A stretch of 64,000 nt of DNA, taken from positions 940,323 through 1,004,322 of the forward strand of contig CBDCDW010000005.1 of the NCBI GenBank assembly GCA_965215595.1, read 5' to 3'. The DNA is from an uncultured Candidatus Binatia bacterium (GTDB lineage Bacteria; Desulfobacterota; Binatia; UBA9968; CAXXLF01). Shown piece by piece: positions 47,711-58,763 of this stretch (the first letter of the stretch is position 1; every line of letters starts with the position of its first letter). A program made the position numbers and the translations under genes. The notes under the pieces were generated by a model. It was not told where the DNA came from. It saw only the letters and a list, made by a program, of their open reading frames with translations, and ran no database searches.

Positions 47711-48120
47711 GGTACCTCCTAATGTTAGTGAATTATTTCGCCTATACCTCTTCCTTGGGTGTAATTTATTGACTTTCCGTTGCCTAAAACCTTCCGGACA
47801 CCAATAAGTGATTAATTGTGCACCATGACCTTTCGCTGGTCACAAATGCACCAATATCACAGCGGGAATGGCTGTCAAGGAAACCCTACTTAATGACAGT
47901 GCAACCATAATGGGCGCAACCTCGTCAATTGAACCACCATGAGAATTCTCGCGGTTCAAGACCCCAAAGCCCTTAGTCTCCATGGTCCAGTTATGGCACA
48001 CAGGGAATTAACGTGTTTGCAACGGAGAGATACAAATGCATGACAGAAAATCGCTAGAATGGAGTAAGAGGAGAAGTGAATGCGAGGATCGCAGGAACGA
48101 CCCTCGCCATGGGCAAACAA

Positions 48121-48828
48121 TTATTTTGCTAATTCGAAGTTAACCTTGGCGTCTTGTTTTGCTGCGACGGTGACCTTTTGGCTCTTCTTACCCAGGGTTT
48201 CGTGCCAGACCTCCACGTTGTAGGTGCCAGGGGGGACATTGGTTAATTTGAATGCCCCATCGTCCTTGGTCACGCTGAAATAGGGATTCGCAGCGACAAA
48301 AAACCAACCGCTCATCCAGCCATGAACGTCACACTTGACCGAAACGGCTTCAGGTTTACTAATTTTAACCTTCAGCTTCTTCTTAAACTTGGGCTGGGCC
48401 CTGTTAAACGGTTTATTCACTTTGCTGTAAGTGTGTATGTTGTGAAGGATCTTATCGGGATTCAGGATCTCGATGGTGGAACCTGCCGGGAAAGCAAGGA
48501 CATGGGGTTTATACTCACACCCGTTCTGGTTAAAGGTCACTATCATGGCCTTCATCTCTTTACCCTTGGAAATATCAGTAATGGCCACCACAGCATTAAC
48601 CACTTTACCCCCAGAGACGATTAGCGATTGGTCGGACTTAGGAGTCTTGTCGCAAACCTTTTTGTCCTTGGTAATCTTCAGTTTCTTTACCTTTGGGGCC
48701 ATACCCTTGAAATTAACGACCCCTGAAATGGATCCACCGTTGCTTACCGATCCCCCTTCGTAGGCGAAAAGAGTTGCCATGGGCAATAAAACCCAGGCAG
48801 CCAACAAAAATACAAATGCTTTTAGCAT
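48121..48828 (-). CDS. Periplasmic protein with a carboxypeptidase-regulatory-like (Ig-like) C-terminal domain, encoded directly after the octaheme cytochrome gene
   Basis: Signal peptide MLKAFVFLLAAWVLLPMATLFA. C-terminal FKLTNVPPGTYNVEVWHETLG. Confidence 0.5.
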   Translation of the reverse strand: MLKAFVFLLAAWVLLPMATLFAYEGGSVSNGGSISGVVNFKGMAPKVKKLKITKDKKVCDKTPKSDQSLIVSGGKVVNAVVAITDISKGKEMKAMIVTFNQNGCEYKPHVLAFPAGSTIEILNPDKILHNIHTYSKVNKPFNRAQPKFKKKLKVKISKPEAVSVKCDVHGWMSGWFFVAANPYFSVTKDDGAFKLTNVPPGTYNVEVWHETLGKKSQKVTVAAKQDAKVNFELAK

Positions 48829-48901
48829 GCCAGCCTCCTTGAAACTCATTCTCATATAATATGCCACTGCCCGATCAATCAAGACCTTCCAAAGGACTCT
48901 A

Positions 48902-51574
48902 TCACTGGGGAGAGCCGGTATTGCCCAGCACCATGATATAGTCCCGCAAGGCCTCGATCTGCTTGTCATCCTTGCCACCGAGGATATTATCCGGTCCCTC
49001 CGGATAAAAGGATGGCATCTTGGTCCCGGGCTCGATTTTTTGCGGGTCCTGGAGCCACTTCACGATCCAGTGTGGATTTAAACGATTTTTCGCGAGGGTA
49101 AGGTCGGGGGCCCAACCTTCGGGTGGACCCTCAGGTTTCTTGTCCCCCTGTTGGTGACAGCTCAGACAAGCAAAGTAGTCATTGGTAAACATAGTCTGGG
49201 CTGCACTGAGATAACCCGCAGGAATTTTGTCTTTGTTAAAATAAACATAGGGAATCTCTACTTTGGAAAGTCCCGTGAAATAAGACACCAACAAATTGGC
49301 CTCATCGTTTGTCAACCCAAAGGTGGGCATGCGAATCTTAAGCCATGGACGTAGTGGCACTGGCTTTTTCAAAAATCCAAATAGCCAGTTGGGCTGGACT
49401 TTATCCCCTTCACCGTTGAGTACAGGTGGCGCCAGGGTCAGTTGGTCTTCCTGATAGTATTTGCGCACAAATCCACCCTTATTTTCGATGGTATGACAAC
49501 CAATGCAGTTGTACTGGTGCATTAGTCTGCGACCTTCCACTATATTGACAATCCTGTCACTACGGTCCGCTTTGTAAATGGATGGGACCTTGCTCTCTCG
49601 AAATCCAGCTAACAGTATTCTCAATGCTTTGATATCTTCATCGGAGAAATTGAACTGAGGCATGAGCTGCTCCACCCTTGGAGTGGTGTATACTCGGGGT
49701 GTTTTGAGCTTATTATAGGTCCAGTCGTCCCAGGTATGAGGGATGTCTTTCCTGTTACCAAAGAAAAGCTCTTCCAGGATCTTGGATCCAAAGGTAGTGA
49801 GTTCCACTCCGATTCTAGATTCCTTCTCCATACCTGGAACATCATGGCAACCGGCACACCCGTACTTTCGAACCAATGACTCACCTCGCTTCACGCTCTT
49901 GGCGTCTGTGAGGCGATTTTCAATATTGGTTATTGTCTGTCCCTTCCTTCCCAGTGTCATCAGGTAGGAGGTTATAGCCAGGGCCTCCTCGTCTGACAGA
50001 CGCAGGCTCGGCATACGTGTGTCAGGAGAATATCCGCGCGGATTTTTTAGCCAGTGGTAAGTCCACTGGGGGCCTACCTTGGCAGCAATGTCCTTGAGAT
50101 TGGGAGCTATGTCTTTGTTGGTACCCAATACCGTGGAGAACTCACCCTCGGCAAAACCATGACAACCCTTGCAACCGATGGAGTTTACCAGTTCCCTCCC
50201 CCGGTTGATGAGCTCCTGGTTTCCCCCTTGGTAGAATTGTGGCAGAGGACGTGTCTTGAGCCATTTCTCTCCCGCTTGCTTGGATGAAGACCAAATATAG
50301 GAGGCGATGTCCGTAGCCTGGCCTTCGTCAAAATCGAAGTTCGGCATCCGGGTCCGAGGCCTGAATTCATGCGGATTGCGGATCCAGCGCACCATCCAGC
50401 TTGGATCCACTTTTCCCGCCACCCGTCTGAGGCTGGGACCGATCTTAGGAATGTTCTCATACCCTTCCACCAAATGGCAACCGGTACATCCCATCTGTTC
50501 GAAGAGTCTCTGACCCCTAACCAGTAATGGCGCATTTTTGAGACTCTGCACATCCAGGTGGCAGGAGGCGCAACTCGTTTGCACCTTTTGTCCTTTTAAA
50601 AGCGGATACGGCCAAAATCTTTTTCCGAATACACCGTAGCTTTTGCCGTAATGGGCCTGCTCCACGCTGTTTACTGCCGCACCCTGGCCATCATGGCAAG
50701 GTGTACAGCCGAATTTTTCCACCGGATGGGCATTGTCCGCCAGCAGGATCTTCCGCTGAGGATGAGTCTTATAAGGATTAGGTTGGTTTTCAAAGCCGGC
50801 CCGATTGATTCCGCTGTGGCAGCTCTGGCATCGATCCACTCTGGCCGTGGGCTCGCCAAAGTTATTGCGATCGAATTCGGGCAGGATGGTTTGCTTAATA
50901 TTTGGGATTTTTATTAGCGAGATCGGTCCCAGGCTCACAGTAGCATTCTGCATCACCCGTGACCACTTATCCCTATTTTCTGTGAGCTTCGAAAGGCGGT
51001 CTTCTAACTCCTTGACACTCCCCTGGAGTTTTTTAATTTCAGCTTTGATATCTTTCCGCTTTTTTTTCGCTTCCTCGAGACCAGGCTCTAACTTTGCTTG
51101 TTCCTTGTCCAACTCTTCAATCCGAGCCTGATAGAGTCTAATATTGTTTCCCAGCTGCACCGCATGATCGTACTCGTACCACGCCTCTTCCAACTCGCTT
51201 TTAATAAACTTAACATCCTGGTCCAGCTCAAAGAAACGGACATTCCTCTCCGTCTCCTCGCTGCGTAGTTGCTGGAACTCGCCACCCAGTTTGCCTTCAC
51301 TCAAACTGGCCTTTGCGGTATCTAGTTGTTTTACCAGCTCAACGTAGTTGGCATTGCCTTCAAGCTTCTTATCCTCCGCTTCATAGGCTGCCTTGGCCGT
51401 GTCATAGTCCAGGTTGTTAAACTCGGCCTGATACATTTTCCAAGGGCGCCGCGTGAAGTTGTCGTCGAACACCGCCCACAGACTAACCACCACAAGGGCA
51501 CACACGCTGAAGAAAAAAATGGCGCCGTATGACTTGCCTTCCTCTTTTGGATCAAAACCCCTGACAGCCATCAA
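48902..51574 (-). CDS. Octaheme c-type cytochrome (membrane-anchored, coiled-coil N-terminal region)
   Basis: 890 aa with eight CxxCH motifs (CQSCH, CTPCH, CASCH, CTGCH, CKGCH, CAGCH, CIGCH, CLSCH). One N-terminal TM helix and a long Lys/Glu-rich coiled-coil. Confidence 0.8.
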   Translation of the reverse strand: MMAVRGFDPKEEGKSYGAIFFFSVCALVVVSLWAVFDDNFTRRPWKMYQAEFNNLDYDTAKAAYEAEDKKLEGNANYVELVKQLDTAKASLSEGKLGGEFQQLRSEETERNVRFFELDQDVKFIKSELEEAWYEYDHAVQLGNNIRLYQARIEELDKEQAKLEPGLEEAKKKRKDIKAEIKKLQGSVKELEDRLSKLTENRDKWSRVMQNATVSLGPISLIKIPNIKQTILPEFDRNNFGEPTARVDRCQSCHSGINRAGFENQPNPYKTHPQRKILLADNAHPVEKFGCTPCHDGQGAAVNSVEQAHYGKSYGVFGKRFWPYPLLKGQKVQTSCASCHLDVQSLKNAPLLVRGQRLFEQMGCTGCHLVEGYENIPKIGPSLRRVAGKVDPSWMVRWIRNPHEFRPRTRMPNFDFDEGQATDIASYIWSSSKQAGEKWLKTRPLPQFYQGGNQELINRGRELVNSIGCKGCHGFAEGEFSTVLGTNKDIAPNLKDIAAKVGPQWTYHWLKNPRGYSPDTRMPSLRLSDEEALAITSYLMTLGRKGQTITNIENRLTDAKSVKRGESLVRKYGCAGCHDVPGMEKESRIGVELTTFGSKILEELFFGNRKDIPHTWDDWTYNKLKTPRVYTTPRVEQLMPQFNFSDEDIKALRILLAGFRESKVPSIYKADRSDRIVNIVEGRRLMHQYNCIGCHTIENKGGFVRKYYQEDQLTLAPPVLNGEGDKVQPNWLFGFLKKPVPLRPWLKIRMPTFGLTNDEANLLVSYFTGLSKVEIPYVYFNKDKIPAGYLSAAQTMFTNDYFACLSCHQQGDKKPEGPPEGWAPDLTLAKNRLNPHWIVKWLQDPQKIEPGTKMPSFYPEGPDNILGGKDDKQIEALRDYIMVLGNTGSPQ

Positions 51575-51748
51575 CCCTTCCTCAAGCCACCTTGTGCTCC
51601 AAGGTCCTACCCATGGAGAAGAGCCCCACCCCGATCAAAGTCAGAACAATCTCCTCTGCCATGGAGGTATTCTGAGTGACACCTACAAAGAGGGCATACC
51701 CCACGTCCGCCAATCCGATGGCCTGTAGAATTTTTGCCACATAAAACA

Positions 51749-52522
51749 TCAGATATTAAACCAGGGGGTGACTAATACGTACTTCACGTTGAAGGCAAGA
51801 CGTAGAAACATTTTAACGGGAAGACCCATCATGATGACAACCAAAACTGCGGTGATGGTAAAACGCACGGGTCCCCATCTGCGCATAAACTCTTTTCCCT
51901 TGACCGCAAGCACCCAGAGGTAGAAGGCTAATGTTGCCACGACAAAATATGCCCCTACTAATATTGCGCCCACACCGGCCTGCACCCTGTAATCCCTGAA
52001 ACCAAGTAGGTAGGGGAGATCCACATTGGTTAAAGCCACCACCTTGTGCGGATCCCATAGGTCCCAGGGCCAGAAAAGGTTCCAGCCCGGGCCGCGAAAA
52101 AACGTGCCGATGATAATCATGCTAACCCAGAGGATGTGAAAGCCAAAGTAGAATGCCAGGATTTCGTATTTTCTCTCTTTGAAGGTGTAATAACCGTTTC
52201 CTCTGGGATTGATATCGATAAACGGAATCATAACGAGTCCCACGATGATAAGCGTGGGCAAGACCACCCCAGCGTGCCAGGGATCGAAATAGACCAACAT
52301 CTCTTGCAAGCCCAGAAAATACCAGGGTGCCTTGGAAGGGTTCGGTGTCAGAGTAGGATTGGCAGGCTCTTCCAGCGGTGCATCGATTCCCACGGACCAG
52401 ATGATCATTACTACTGTGACAATGAGCGTGACGAGAAATTCTCCCCGCACCAGATGGGGCCAGGTATGAATTTTATCGTCGACAACAGGGATCCGTCTCT
52501 GAGTTTGAGTTTCTTCGGCCAT
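51749..52522 (-). CDS. Cytochrome b C-terminal domain / b6f subunit-IV-like membrane protein
   Basis: PWYFLGLQE (PEWY-type motif) and multiple TM helices. Confidence 0.65.
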   Translation of the reverse strand: MAEETQTQRRIPVVDDKIHTWPHLVRGEFLVTLIVTVVMIIWSVGIDAPLEEPANPTLTPNPSKAPWYFLGLQEMLVYFDPWHAGVVLPTLIIVGLVMIPFIDINPRGNGYYTFKERKYEILAFYFGFHILWVSMIIIGTFFRGPGWNLFWPWDLWDPHKVVALTNVDLPYLLGFRDYRVQAGVGAILVGAYFVVATLAFYLWVLAVKGKEFMRRWGPVRFTITAVLVVIMMGLPVKMFLRLAFNVKYVLVTPWFNI

Positions 52523-52544
52523 GACCCATTACCTTGGAAGCGAA

Positions 52545-53315
52545 TTACAGTGGTGGCCCCGAAAAACCATCCCTTCGAATACGCCAAAAATGAACCGCCA
52601 TGAGAAGACTGGCAACCAGGGGGATAAAAATGCAGTGGAGTATATAAAACCGGAGCAAGGTATGTGGCCCGATTTCTCCGCCCCCGAATAAAAACGCCCG
52701 AGCGTCATAAACAGGATTGGCCCCCACCAAGTCGGCAAAAGGTCCCTCGTGACCGAGCAGCGGTGCAGCCCGTGCCATATTGGAACCCACAGTCACCGCC
52801 CAGATGGAAAGCTGATCCCAGGGTAGCAGATAACCTGTGAAGCTCAGTAGAAGTGTTAGAACCAATAGGAGGACTCCCACAATCCAGTTGAATTCGCGAG
52901 GAGGCTTGTAGGAACCCGTAAGAAAAACACGGAACATATGGAGCCACACGAAAATGACCATGGCATGGGCCGCCCATCGGTGCATGTTCCGCATCAGCAT
53001 ACCGAAAGGCATATCAAACTCCAGATACTTCATGTCGGCGTAGGCGTACTCTGCCACAGGCCGGTAATAGAACATCAGGTAGATGCCGGTTACCACTGTT
53101 ATGAGGAACATGAAAAACGTGAGGCCTCCCATGCACCAGGTAAATCGCATCCTAACAGAATGCCGGCGAACCTTGGCCGGATGGAGATGGAGCCACACGT
53201 TGCTCGTGACCATCATCACACGGTTCCTTGGCGAATCCTCGTAACCGTGGCGAAAAATGGCCCTCCAGACCTGACTCTCAACGATCTCGTTTTTTAGGTC
53301 ATCGAACTTTTTCAT
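52545..53315 (-). CDS. Cytochrome b6-like (N-terminal cytochrome b domain, bis-histidine heme ligands)
   Basis: RNMHRWAAHAMV..H, and the TGYLLPWDQ motif. Confidence 0.75.
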   Translation of the reverse strand: MKKFDDLKNEIVESQVWRAIFRHGYEDSPRNRVMMVTSNVWLHLHPAKVRRHSVRMRFTWCMGGLTFFMFLITVVTGIYLMFYYRPVAEYAYADMKYLEFDMPFGMLMRNMHRWAAHAMVIFVWLHMFRVFLTGSYKPPREFNWIVGVLLLVLTLLLSFTGYLLPWDQLSIWAVTVGSNMARAAPLLGHEGPFADLVGANPVYDARAFLFGGGEIGPHTLLRFYILHCIFIPLVASLLMAVHFWRIRRDGFSGPPL

Positions 53316-53322
53316 CTCTCCA

Positions 53323-53841
53323 TTATACCTTCAAGATACTCTCCGGATGTTGCTCGTCAGGCTCTACTTCGGGAGCCATCTTCAACGTCCGACTCTTATC
53401 CACAACCAACTGGCCGTCATCCGACAGCTTGACCTCAAAGCGGTCCAATGGACGGGGGGCCGGTCCTTCGAAGTTCAACCCACTTTTAAAAAAGCCGCTT
53501 CCATGGCACGGGCATTTGAATTTGTTTTCAGCAGCAAGCCATCGGGGGGTACAGCCTAGATGGGTACATTTGGCGAAAATTGCATATATTCCCGCTTCCT
53601 CCCGAATGATCCAAACACGGAAATCCTTCTTAAACTTCGCGCTCACTTCGCCAATGGTATAATCCGATGGCACACCAGCCTTGAAGGTCGACGGTGGCTT
53701 AAACAGAATCCGAGGGAAGGCAGAGCGGATGAAGCCCAATAGGGTCAAACCCGTAAACACCCCGATTCCCCCCCATCCAAACCGCGTGAAAAAGTCTCGC
53801 CGACTCCAGATGCCACGCTTTTTCGCGTCTGCTGCTGCCAT
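53323..53841 (-). CDS. Rieske [2Fe-2S] iron-sulfur protein with Tat signal
   Basis: SRRDFF twin-arginine motif. CTHLGC and CPCHGS cluster-binding boxes. Confidence 0.8.
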   Translation of the reverse strand: MAAADAKKRGIWSRRDFFTRFGWGGIGVFTGLTLLGFIRSAFPRILFKPPSTFKAGVPSDYTIGEVSAKFKKDFRVWIIREEAGIYAIFAKCTHLGCTPRWLAAENKFKCPCHGSGFFKSGLNFEGPAPRPLDRFEVKLSDDGQLVVDKSRTLKMAPEVEPDEQHPESILKV

Positions 53842-53850
53842 AGTTTTTTC

Positions 53851-54198
53851 CTATTTCTTAAACCAACTGATCATTGCTCCCCACAAGATAAAGATAAAAC
53901 CACCCAGCATGAGAACCAACCCTACGGGTCCAAAAATAAAAGATAGACCCGCACCCAAGACCAGTATCAGGACCCCTACTCCTAACGGATTAAAAGGACC
54001 TGCAGGCGATCCTTCCTTCATCACCTCCCCCGCTGCGCCCTGGTTCATTTCCTCGCGGATAAGAGTATAGGCCAGCTCTTTGAGATCTTCCCGTCGTTCG
54101 GGATTTACTTCCCGGATGAGACGACCGATATCTTGAGCTAACTTCTCTACTTCATCTTCCGGGGTCTGCTGACCTGAATTGGGAGAGTTTGAAACCAC
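53851..54198 (-). CDS. Small membrane protein, hypothetical, first gene of the Rieske/cyt b operon
   Basis: 115 aa, two C-terminal TM helices. Confidence 0.4.
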   Translation of the reverse strand: MVSNSPNSGQQTPEDEVEKLAQDIGRLIREVNPERREDLKELAYTLIREEMNQGAAGEVMKEGSPAGPFNPLGVGVLILVLGAGLSFIFGPVGLVLMLGGFIFILWGAMISWFKK

Positions 54199-54238
54199 TT
54201 AGAATAGGCCAACTCCTTAGTATAGAAAATATATTTTG

Positions 54239-55048
54239 TCAACCCGATTTCCGCAATCTGAGCACATCCTGCATGCTATAAAGTCCCTTTTTTTGCCGCA
54301 CCAGCCACTGGGCGGCCCGAACGGCTCCCCGGGCAAAGGTCTCTCGGCTATGGGCGCGGTGAACGAATTCGATCCGTTCGCCCAAACCGCCAAAAATCAC
54401 GCTGTGTTCGCCGACGGTATCTCCGGCCCGAACGGACAAGAGACCTATTTCTTTCTTTTTACGCTCGCCCACAAGACCTTTGCGACCAAATACACCTACT
54501 TTATTTAAATCTCTTTTCCACTCTCCAGCGATGGCATTCGCAAGGGCAAGGGCCGTGCCGCTAGGAGCGTCTCTTTTGAAGCGGTGATGCATTTCGATAA
54601 TCTCTAGGTCATACTCTTCGCCCAGGGACCTGGCCACCCCACCAAGAAGTCCTAACAGTAGATTCACCCCAACGCTCATATTCGGGGCCACCAACATTCG
54701 AGTGCGTCGGCTCAGTCTCTCGATCTCATTCCGCTCCCGAGCCGTGAATCCCGTGGTACCGACAACAATGGGAACTCCACTCTTCGCAGCGTTCCGTAGA
54801 TAGCCCAGAGAAGCGGCGGGCCGGGTAAAATCAATTATGGCCACATCTGGTTTTAACAGTGGCACGATTTTATCGCTAACGGGCACCCCTAACCGGTTTA
54901 GTCCTACCACCTCTCCCACATCCTTGCCCAGCCTAGCGCTTTTGGGTCGATCCACAGCCCCCACCAGTTTTACGCCACGGGTTTCCTGAACCACGCGCGC
55001 TACAGCCCTTCCCATACGGCCCGCTATTCCGCAAATGACTAAATCCAC
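54239..55048 (-). CDS. dapB: 4-hydroxy-tetrahydrodipicolinate reductase
   Basis: N-terminal GIAGRMGR NAD(P) motif and the EIIEMHHRFKRDAPSGTA catalytic region. Confidence 0.85.
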   Translation of the reverse strand: MDLVICGIAGRMGRAVARVVQETRGVKLVGAVDRPKSARLGKDVGEVVGLNRLGVPVSDKIVPLLKPDVAIIDFTRPAASLGYLRNAAKSGVPIVVGTTGFTARERNEIERLSRRTRMLVAPNMSVGVNLLLGLLGGVARSLGEEYDLEIIEMHHRFKRDAPSGTALALANAIAGEWKRDLNKVGVFGRKGLVGERKKKEIGLLSVRAGDTVGEHSVIFGGLGERIEFVHRAHSRETFARGAVRAAQWLVRQKKGLYSMQDVLRLRKSG

Positions 55049-55059
55049 TAACCTCCACC

Positions 55060-55935
55060 TCAGATCAGACCAAAATCAGACATCGCCTTTTCCAGCTTCT
55101 TTACGTTTTGTTCCCCCATTGGGGTCATGGGTAAACGTAGTTCCCCGCCACACTTACCCATCACGGCCAGCGCCGTTTTCACCGGGATGGGATTTGTTTC
55201 AATAAAGAGACTCCGAATTAGCGGAATTAGCTGGAATTGAATCTTCCGTCCCTTTTCCCAATCTCCCTCGAAACAGGCCCGGGTCAGCTGAGACATCTCC
55301 CTGGGAGCCACATTTGCAACTGTGGAAATGACACCTTTTCCTCCCAATGCCATGAGCGAAAAGGTGAGTGAGTCTTCCCCGGAATAGACTTCCAACCCAT
55401 CGCCGCAAAGCCGTAGCACTTCCATGGCCTGATCGACGGATCCAGTGGCCTCCTTCACTCCCGCAATATTTTTCACTTCAGCCAGGCGTGCCAGGGTTTC
55501 CGGTTCGATCTTGGAGCCCGTTCGGGAGGGGATATTGTAGATGATAAGGGGAATGTGCACTTCAGAGGCAACCTTTTTATAGTGCTGGTAAATACCCTCC
55601 TGAGTGGGCCGGTTGTAATAGGGGGAGATCATCAATGCGCCATCCGCCCCTGCCTGCTCTGCGCTACGGGTGAACTCGATGGCCTCCTGGGTAGAATTGG
55701 AACCCGTACCGGCAATGACCGCGACTCGTTTCTTGACGAATTTGACCACTGCCTCCACGACTTCGTTGTGTTCCTTGTGGGTGAGGGTCGCCGATTCTCC
55801 AGTGGTACCGCAGGGAACAATTCCGTGGATACCGTTTTCAATATGAAATTCCACCAACGATTCGACACTCTCCCAATCCACCTTGTTGTCTTTGAAGGGG
55901 GTCACCAACGCCACCATGCATCCGGAAAAGTTCAT
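55060..55935 (-). CDS. dapA: 4-hydroxy-tetrahydrodipicolinate synthase
   Basis: MVALVTPF...GTTGESATL...YNRP...YNIPSRTG motifs. Start at MNFSG. Confidence 0.85.
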   Translation of the reverse strand: MNFSGCMVALVTPFKDNKVDWESVESLVEFHIENGIHGIVPCGTTGESATLTHKEHNEVVEAVVKFVKKRVAVIAGTGSNSTQEAIEFTRSAEQAGADGALMISPYYNRPTQEGIYQHYKKVASEVHIPLIIYNIPSRTGSKIEPETLARLAEVKNIAGVKEATGSVDQAMEVLRLCGDGLEVYSGEDSLTFSLMALGGKGVISTVANVAPREMSQLTRACFEGDWEKGRKIQFQLIPLIRSLFIETNPIPVKTALAVMGKCGGELRLPMTPMGEQNVKKLEKAMSDFGLI

Positions 55936-55948
55936 TTTGGCCTCCAAA

Positions 55949-56770
55949 CTATTGCTCCGCGACTCCCCGAAACACTTCCTCCGCGGGACCTGTCATGTAA
56001 ACCCTGTTATCCCTGCGCCACTCAATAACCAGATCTCCGCCCAAGAGGTGGACCATGAGTTTTCTTTCTGTCTTCCCCGTGAGTGCCCCAACCACGCCCA
56101 CGGCACAGGCCCCCGTACCGCAGGCCCAGGTCTCACCGGCCCCCCGTTCCCAAACCCGCATTCTGACCTCACCAGGCCCAAGGACCTTTACAAATTCCGT
56201 ATTGATCCGGTTAGGAAAAAAAATGTGGTTTTCAAATTTTGGTCCGATCCGTTCCAGATCCAGTTCCTCTGGATCATCCACATAGAGGACGCAGTGAGGA
56301 TTTCCCATGGAGACGCAACAGACGGAATACTTCTGGCCCTCCACTTCCAATGGATATTTTATGATTTGTCCGTCAGCATTTACCGGGATCTTTCTGCCTT
56401 CCAGGATGGGTTCTCCCATATCCACTTCCACCAGATCTCCTTCGATACGGGGCCGAATAATCCCGGCGAGGGTCTCTACTTCCAGCTCCTTTTTTTGGGT
56501 CAACCCCCGGGTGTGAACGTAACGAGCAAAGCAACGGATTCCGTTCCCGCACATCTCCACTTGCCCGCCGTCGGCGTTGTAAATTTCCATTTTGAAGTCT
56601 GCGACCTTGGAAGGACAAACCGTCAGTAGCTGATCTGCACCTACGCCGAATCGGCGGTGACAGAGGCTTTTGGCTAACTCCTCCAACGCCATCTGCTCCC
56701 CTGCCATACAATCGATAACGATAAAGTCATTGCCACAACCGTGCATCTTGGTAAATGGTATATTTGTCAT
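55949..56770 (-). CDS. dapF: Diaminopimelate epimerase
   Basis: FTKMHGCGNDF and the second catalytic Cys (GNPHCV) are present. Confidence 0.85.
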   Translation of the reverse strand: MTNIPFTKMHGCGNDFIVIDCMAGEQMALEELAKSLCHRRFGVGADQLLTVCPSKVADFKMEIYNADGGQVEMCGNGIRCFARYVHTRGLTQKKELEVETLAGIIRPRIEGDLVEVDMGEPILEGRKIPVNADGQIIKYPLEVEGQKYSVCCVSMGNPHCVLYVDDPEELDLERIGPKFENHIFFPNRINTEFVKVLGPGEVRMRVWERGAGETWACGTGACAVGVVGALTGKTERKLMVHLLGGDLVIEWRRDNRVYMTGPAEEVFRGVAEQ

Positions 56771-56844
56771 TGTGTTATCCGTTCAAGCTGAGCACCCAAA
56801 TCAGTGGTTAACGTTGGGTGAATTCACTGCTCAGAGAGGACTGG

Positions 56845-58101
56845 TCACACCAGGACAGGAGGGATCACCTCTCCGCTGATGATATCTTCCAGCGTCTCCC
56901 GTGTGCGAATGACATCAAAGCGTTTTCCATCCACCAGAACTTCTGCCACCCTCGGTCTCGAATTGTAATTGGATGCCATGGTAAATCCGTAGGCCCCCGC
57001 ACTCATGACCGCCAGTAGATCACCTGGCTGGGGTTTTTGGATCTCGCGATCCTGTGCAAAGAAATCTCCGCTCTCGCAGATGGGTCCCACCACATCGGCT
57101 ACGATCTTTTCTGCAGTACGGTTCTTCACCGGGCTAATGCCTTGATAAGAACCGTAGAGTGCGGGACGAATCAAATCGTTCATGGCCCCATCCACCACGA
57201 CAAAATTTTTCTCCTGGGTCTCCTTTAGATAGAGAACTTCGGTCACGAGAATCCCGGCGTTTCCAACAATCACGCGTCCCGGCTCCAGGATCAGAGTCAG
57301 TTCCAGCCCCTTCAGAGAATCAATGATGGCAGCTGCATATTCATCTGGATGGGGAGGCTCCTCGTCTTTGTAACGTATGCCTAATCCCCCGCCCAGATCC
57401 AGGTAACGGATGTTGGCTCCTTCCTGCTTCAAAACTTCAAGTAAGCCTTTCACTCGTGCCAGGGCATCCACAAAGGGAGAAACCGATGTGAGCTGTGATC
57501 CAATGTGACAGTCTACCCCGATCACCTCAACGTGGCTGAGAGAAAGGGCCCTCTTGTATAGTTCCACGGAGCGTTTGATGTCGATGCCAAACTTGCTCTT
57601 CTTCATCCCGGTGGAAATATAGGGATGGGTTTGCGGGTCCACATCCGGGTTTATCCTGAGACTGATGGGAGCTTTCTTGCCCAATCCCGAAGCCACCTGA
57701 TCCAGCACGTCGAGTTCCTGTTCTGATTCCACGTTAAACATGAGAATACCGGAATTCAGGGCATACTCGAATTCGCTTCGGCTCTTTCCCACGCCCGAGA
57801 AGACAAGCTTTTTAGGATCGGAGCCCGCTTTGAGGACGCGGAAGAGCTCCCCCCCCGAGACGATGTCAAATCCCCCCCCTTCATTCACAAAGACCTTCAA
57901 CACAGCAAGATTCGAGTTTGCTTTTACAGAAAAACAAACCAGATGGGACTGATTTTTGAACGCTTGGTCAAAGACCCTGAAATGACGTCGCAGGGTGGCC
58001 AAACTATAAATGTATGCCGGGGTGCCAACTTCTTTAGCGATACGTTCCACAGGTACATCCTCGGCACATAGCTCACCGTTTTTGTATTCAAAGAAATCCA
58101 T
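56845..58101 (-). CDS. lysA: Diaminopimelate decarboxylase
   Basis: PLP fold III decarboxylase. FSVKAN (PLP Lys) and a C-terminal ESGD are present. Confidence 0.85.
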   Translation of the reverse strand: MDFFEYKNGELCAEDVPVERIAKEVGTPAYIYSLATLRRHFRVFDQAFKNQSHLVCFSVKANSNLAVLKVFVNEGGGFDIVSGGELFRVLKAGSDPKKLVFSGVGKSRSEFEYALNSGILMFNVESEQELDVLDQVASGLGKKAPISLRINPDVDPQTHPYISTGMKKSKFGIDIKRSVELYKRALSLSHVEVIGVDCHIGSQLTSVSPFVDALARVKGLLEVLKQEGANIRYLDLGGGLGIRYKDEEPPHPDEYAAAIIDSLKGLELTLILEPGRVIVGNAGILVTEVLYLKETQEKNFVVVDGAMNDLIRPALYGSYQGISPVKNRTAEKIVADVVGPICESGDFFAQDREIQKPQPGDLLAVMSAGAYGFTMASNYNSRPRVAEVLVDGKRFDVIRTRETLEDIISGEVIPPVLV

Positions 58102-58604
58102 TATGGTCTCCAGGTTAATTTCGCCTCATTGGATGGATCACTGAAGGTCCCATCCGTAAGACGAGAAAATACACGATAGTGGTAACTGACCTGTGGTGTC
58201 AATTGTCCGTCCACATAACGAAACCTTTGCTTCTTTAAAAACTTCTGCTGATCCTCAACTGGCAGCGTGACCCTCTCCCCGTAGGGGGCAGGACACTCGG
58301 GGCAAGCCTGCGTTACCTCTTTGCGAAACACAACAAAGGCTGCAAGCTCATCCAAAGGCTTTCCGTCCAAGTGACGCTTGGGTCTGGTCCATGTGAGCGC
58401 GATCCCTCCTCCCTGGGCCTCCACTTTTAGGTCTTTTATGGTCTCGGGCACAGCAAGCTCTGGCGCTCGCGGGGGTCCTTTCTTTCCACACGACGCACTT
58501 GCAAATAGCACAATCAGGCAAAAGAAAATCCCAATGACGGAGATTTGAGACTGAGACCTCTCCCATGCCCCATTTCGACCATCTCTTTTTATTTCCATTT
58601 TCAC
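58101..58604 (-). CDS. Lipoprotein, hypothetical (between argH and lysA)
   Basis: Lipobox FASASC. 167 aa. Confidence 0.45.
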   Translation of the reverse strand: MKMEIKRDGRNGAWERSQSQISVIGIFFCLIVLFASASCGKKGPPRAPELAVPETIKDLKVEAQGGGIALTWTRPKRHLDGKPLDELAAFVVFRKEVTQACPECPAPYGERVTLPVEDQQKFLKKQRFRYVDGQLTPQVSYHYRVFSRLTDGTFSDPSNEAKLTWRP

Positions 58605-58763
58605 TGTTTCTGGCTCTGTCTCTTTATCCCCAATCCTTCCCCATTTTAGATTTTAAAATTTAGCTTGTCGATTGTCAGAGTTAGGATCCAAGAATCAGAT
58701 TCAAATCAATCTAAAATCCAAAATCGCAAATCTAAATTCTCTCTGTCTCTATCTCTCCACCCA

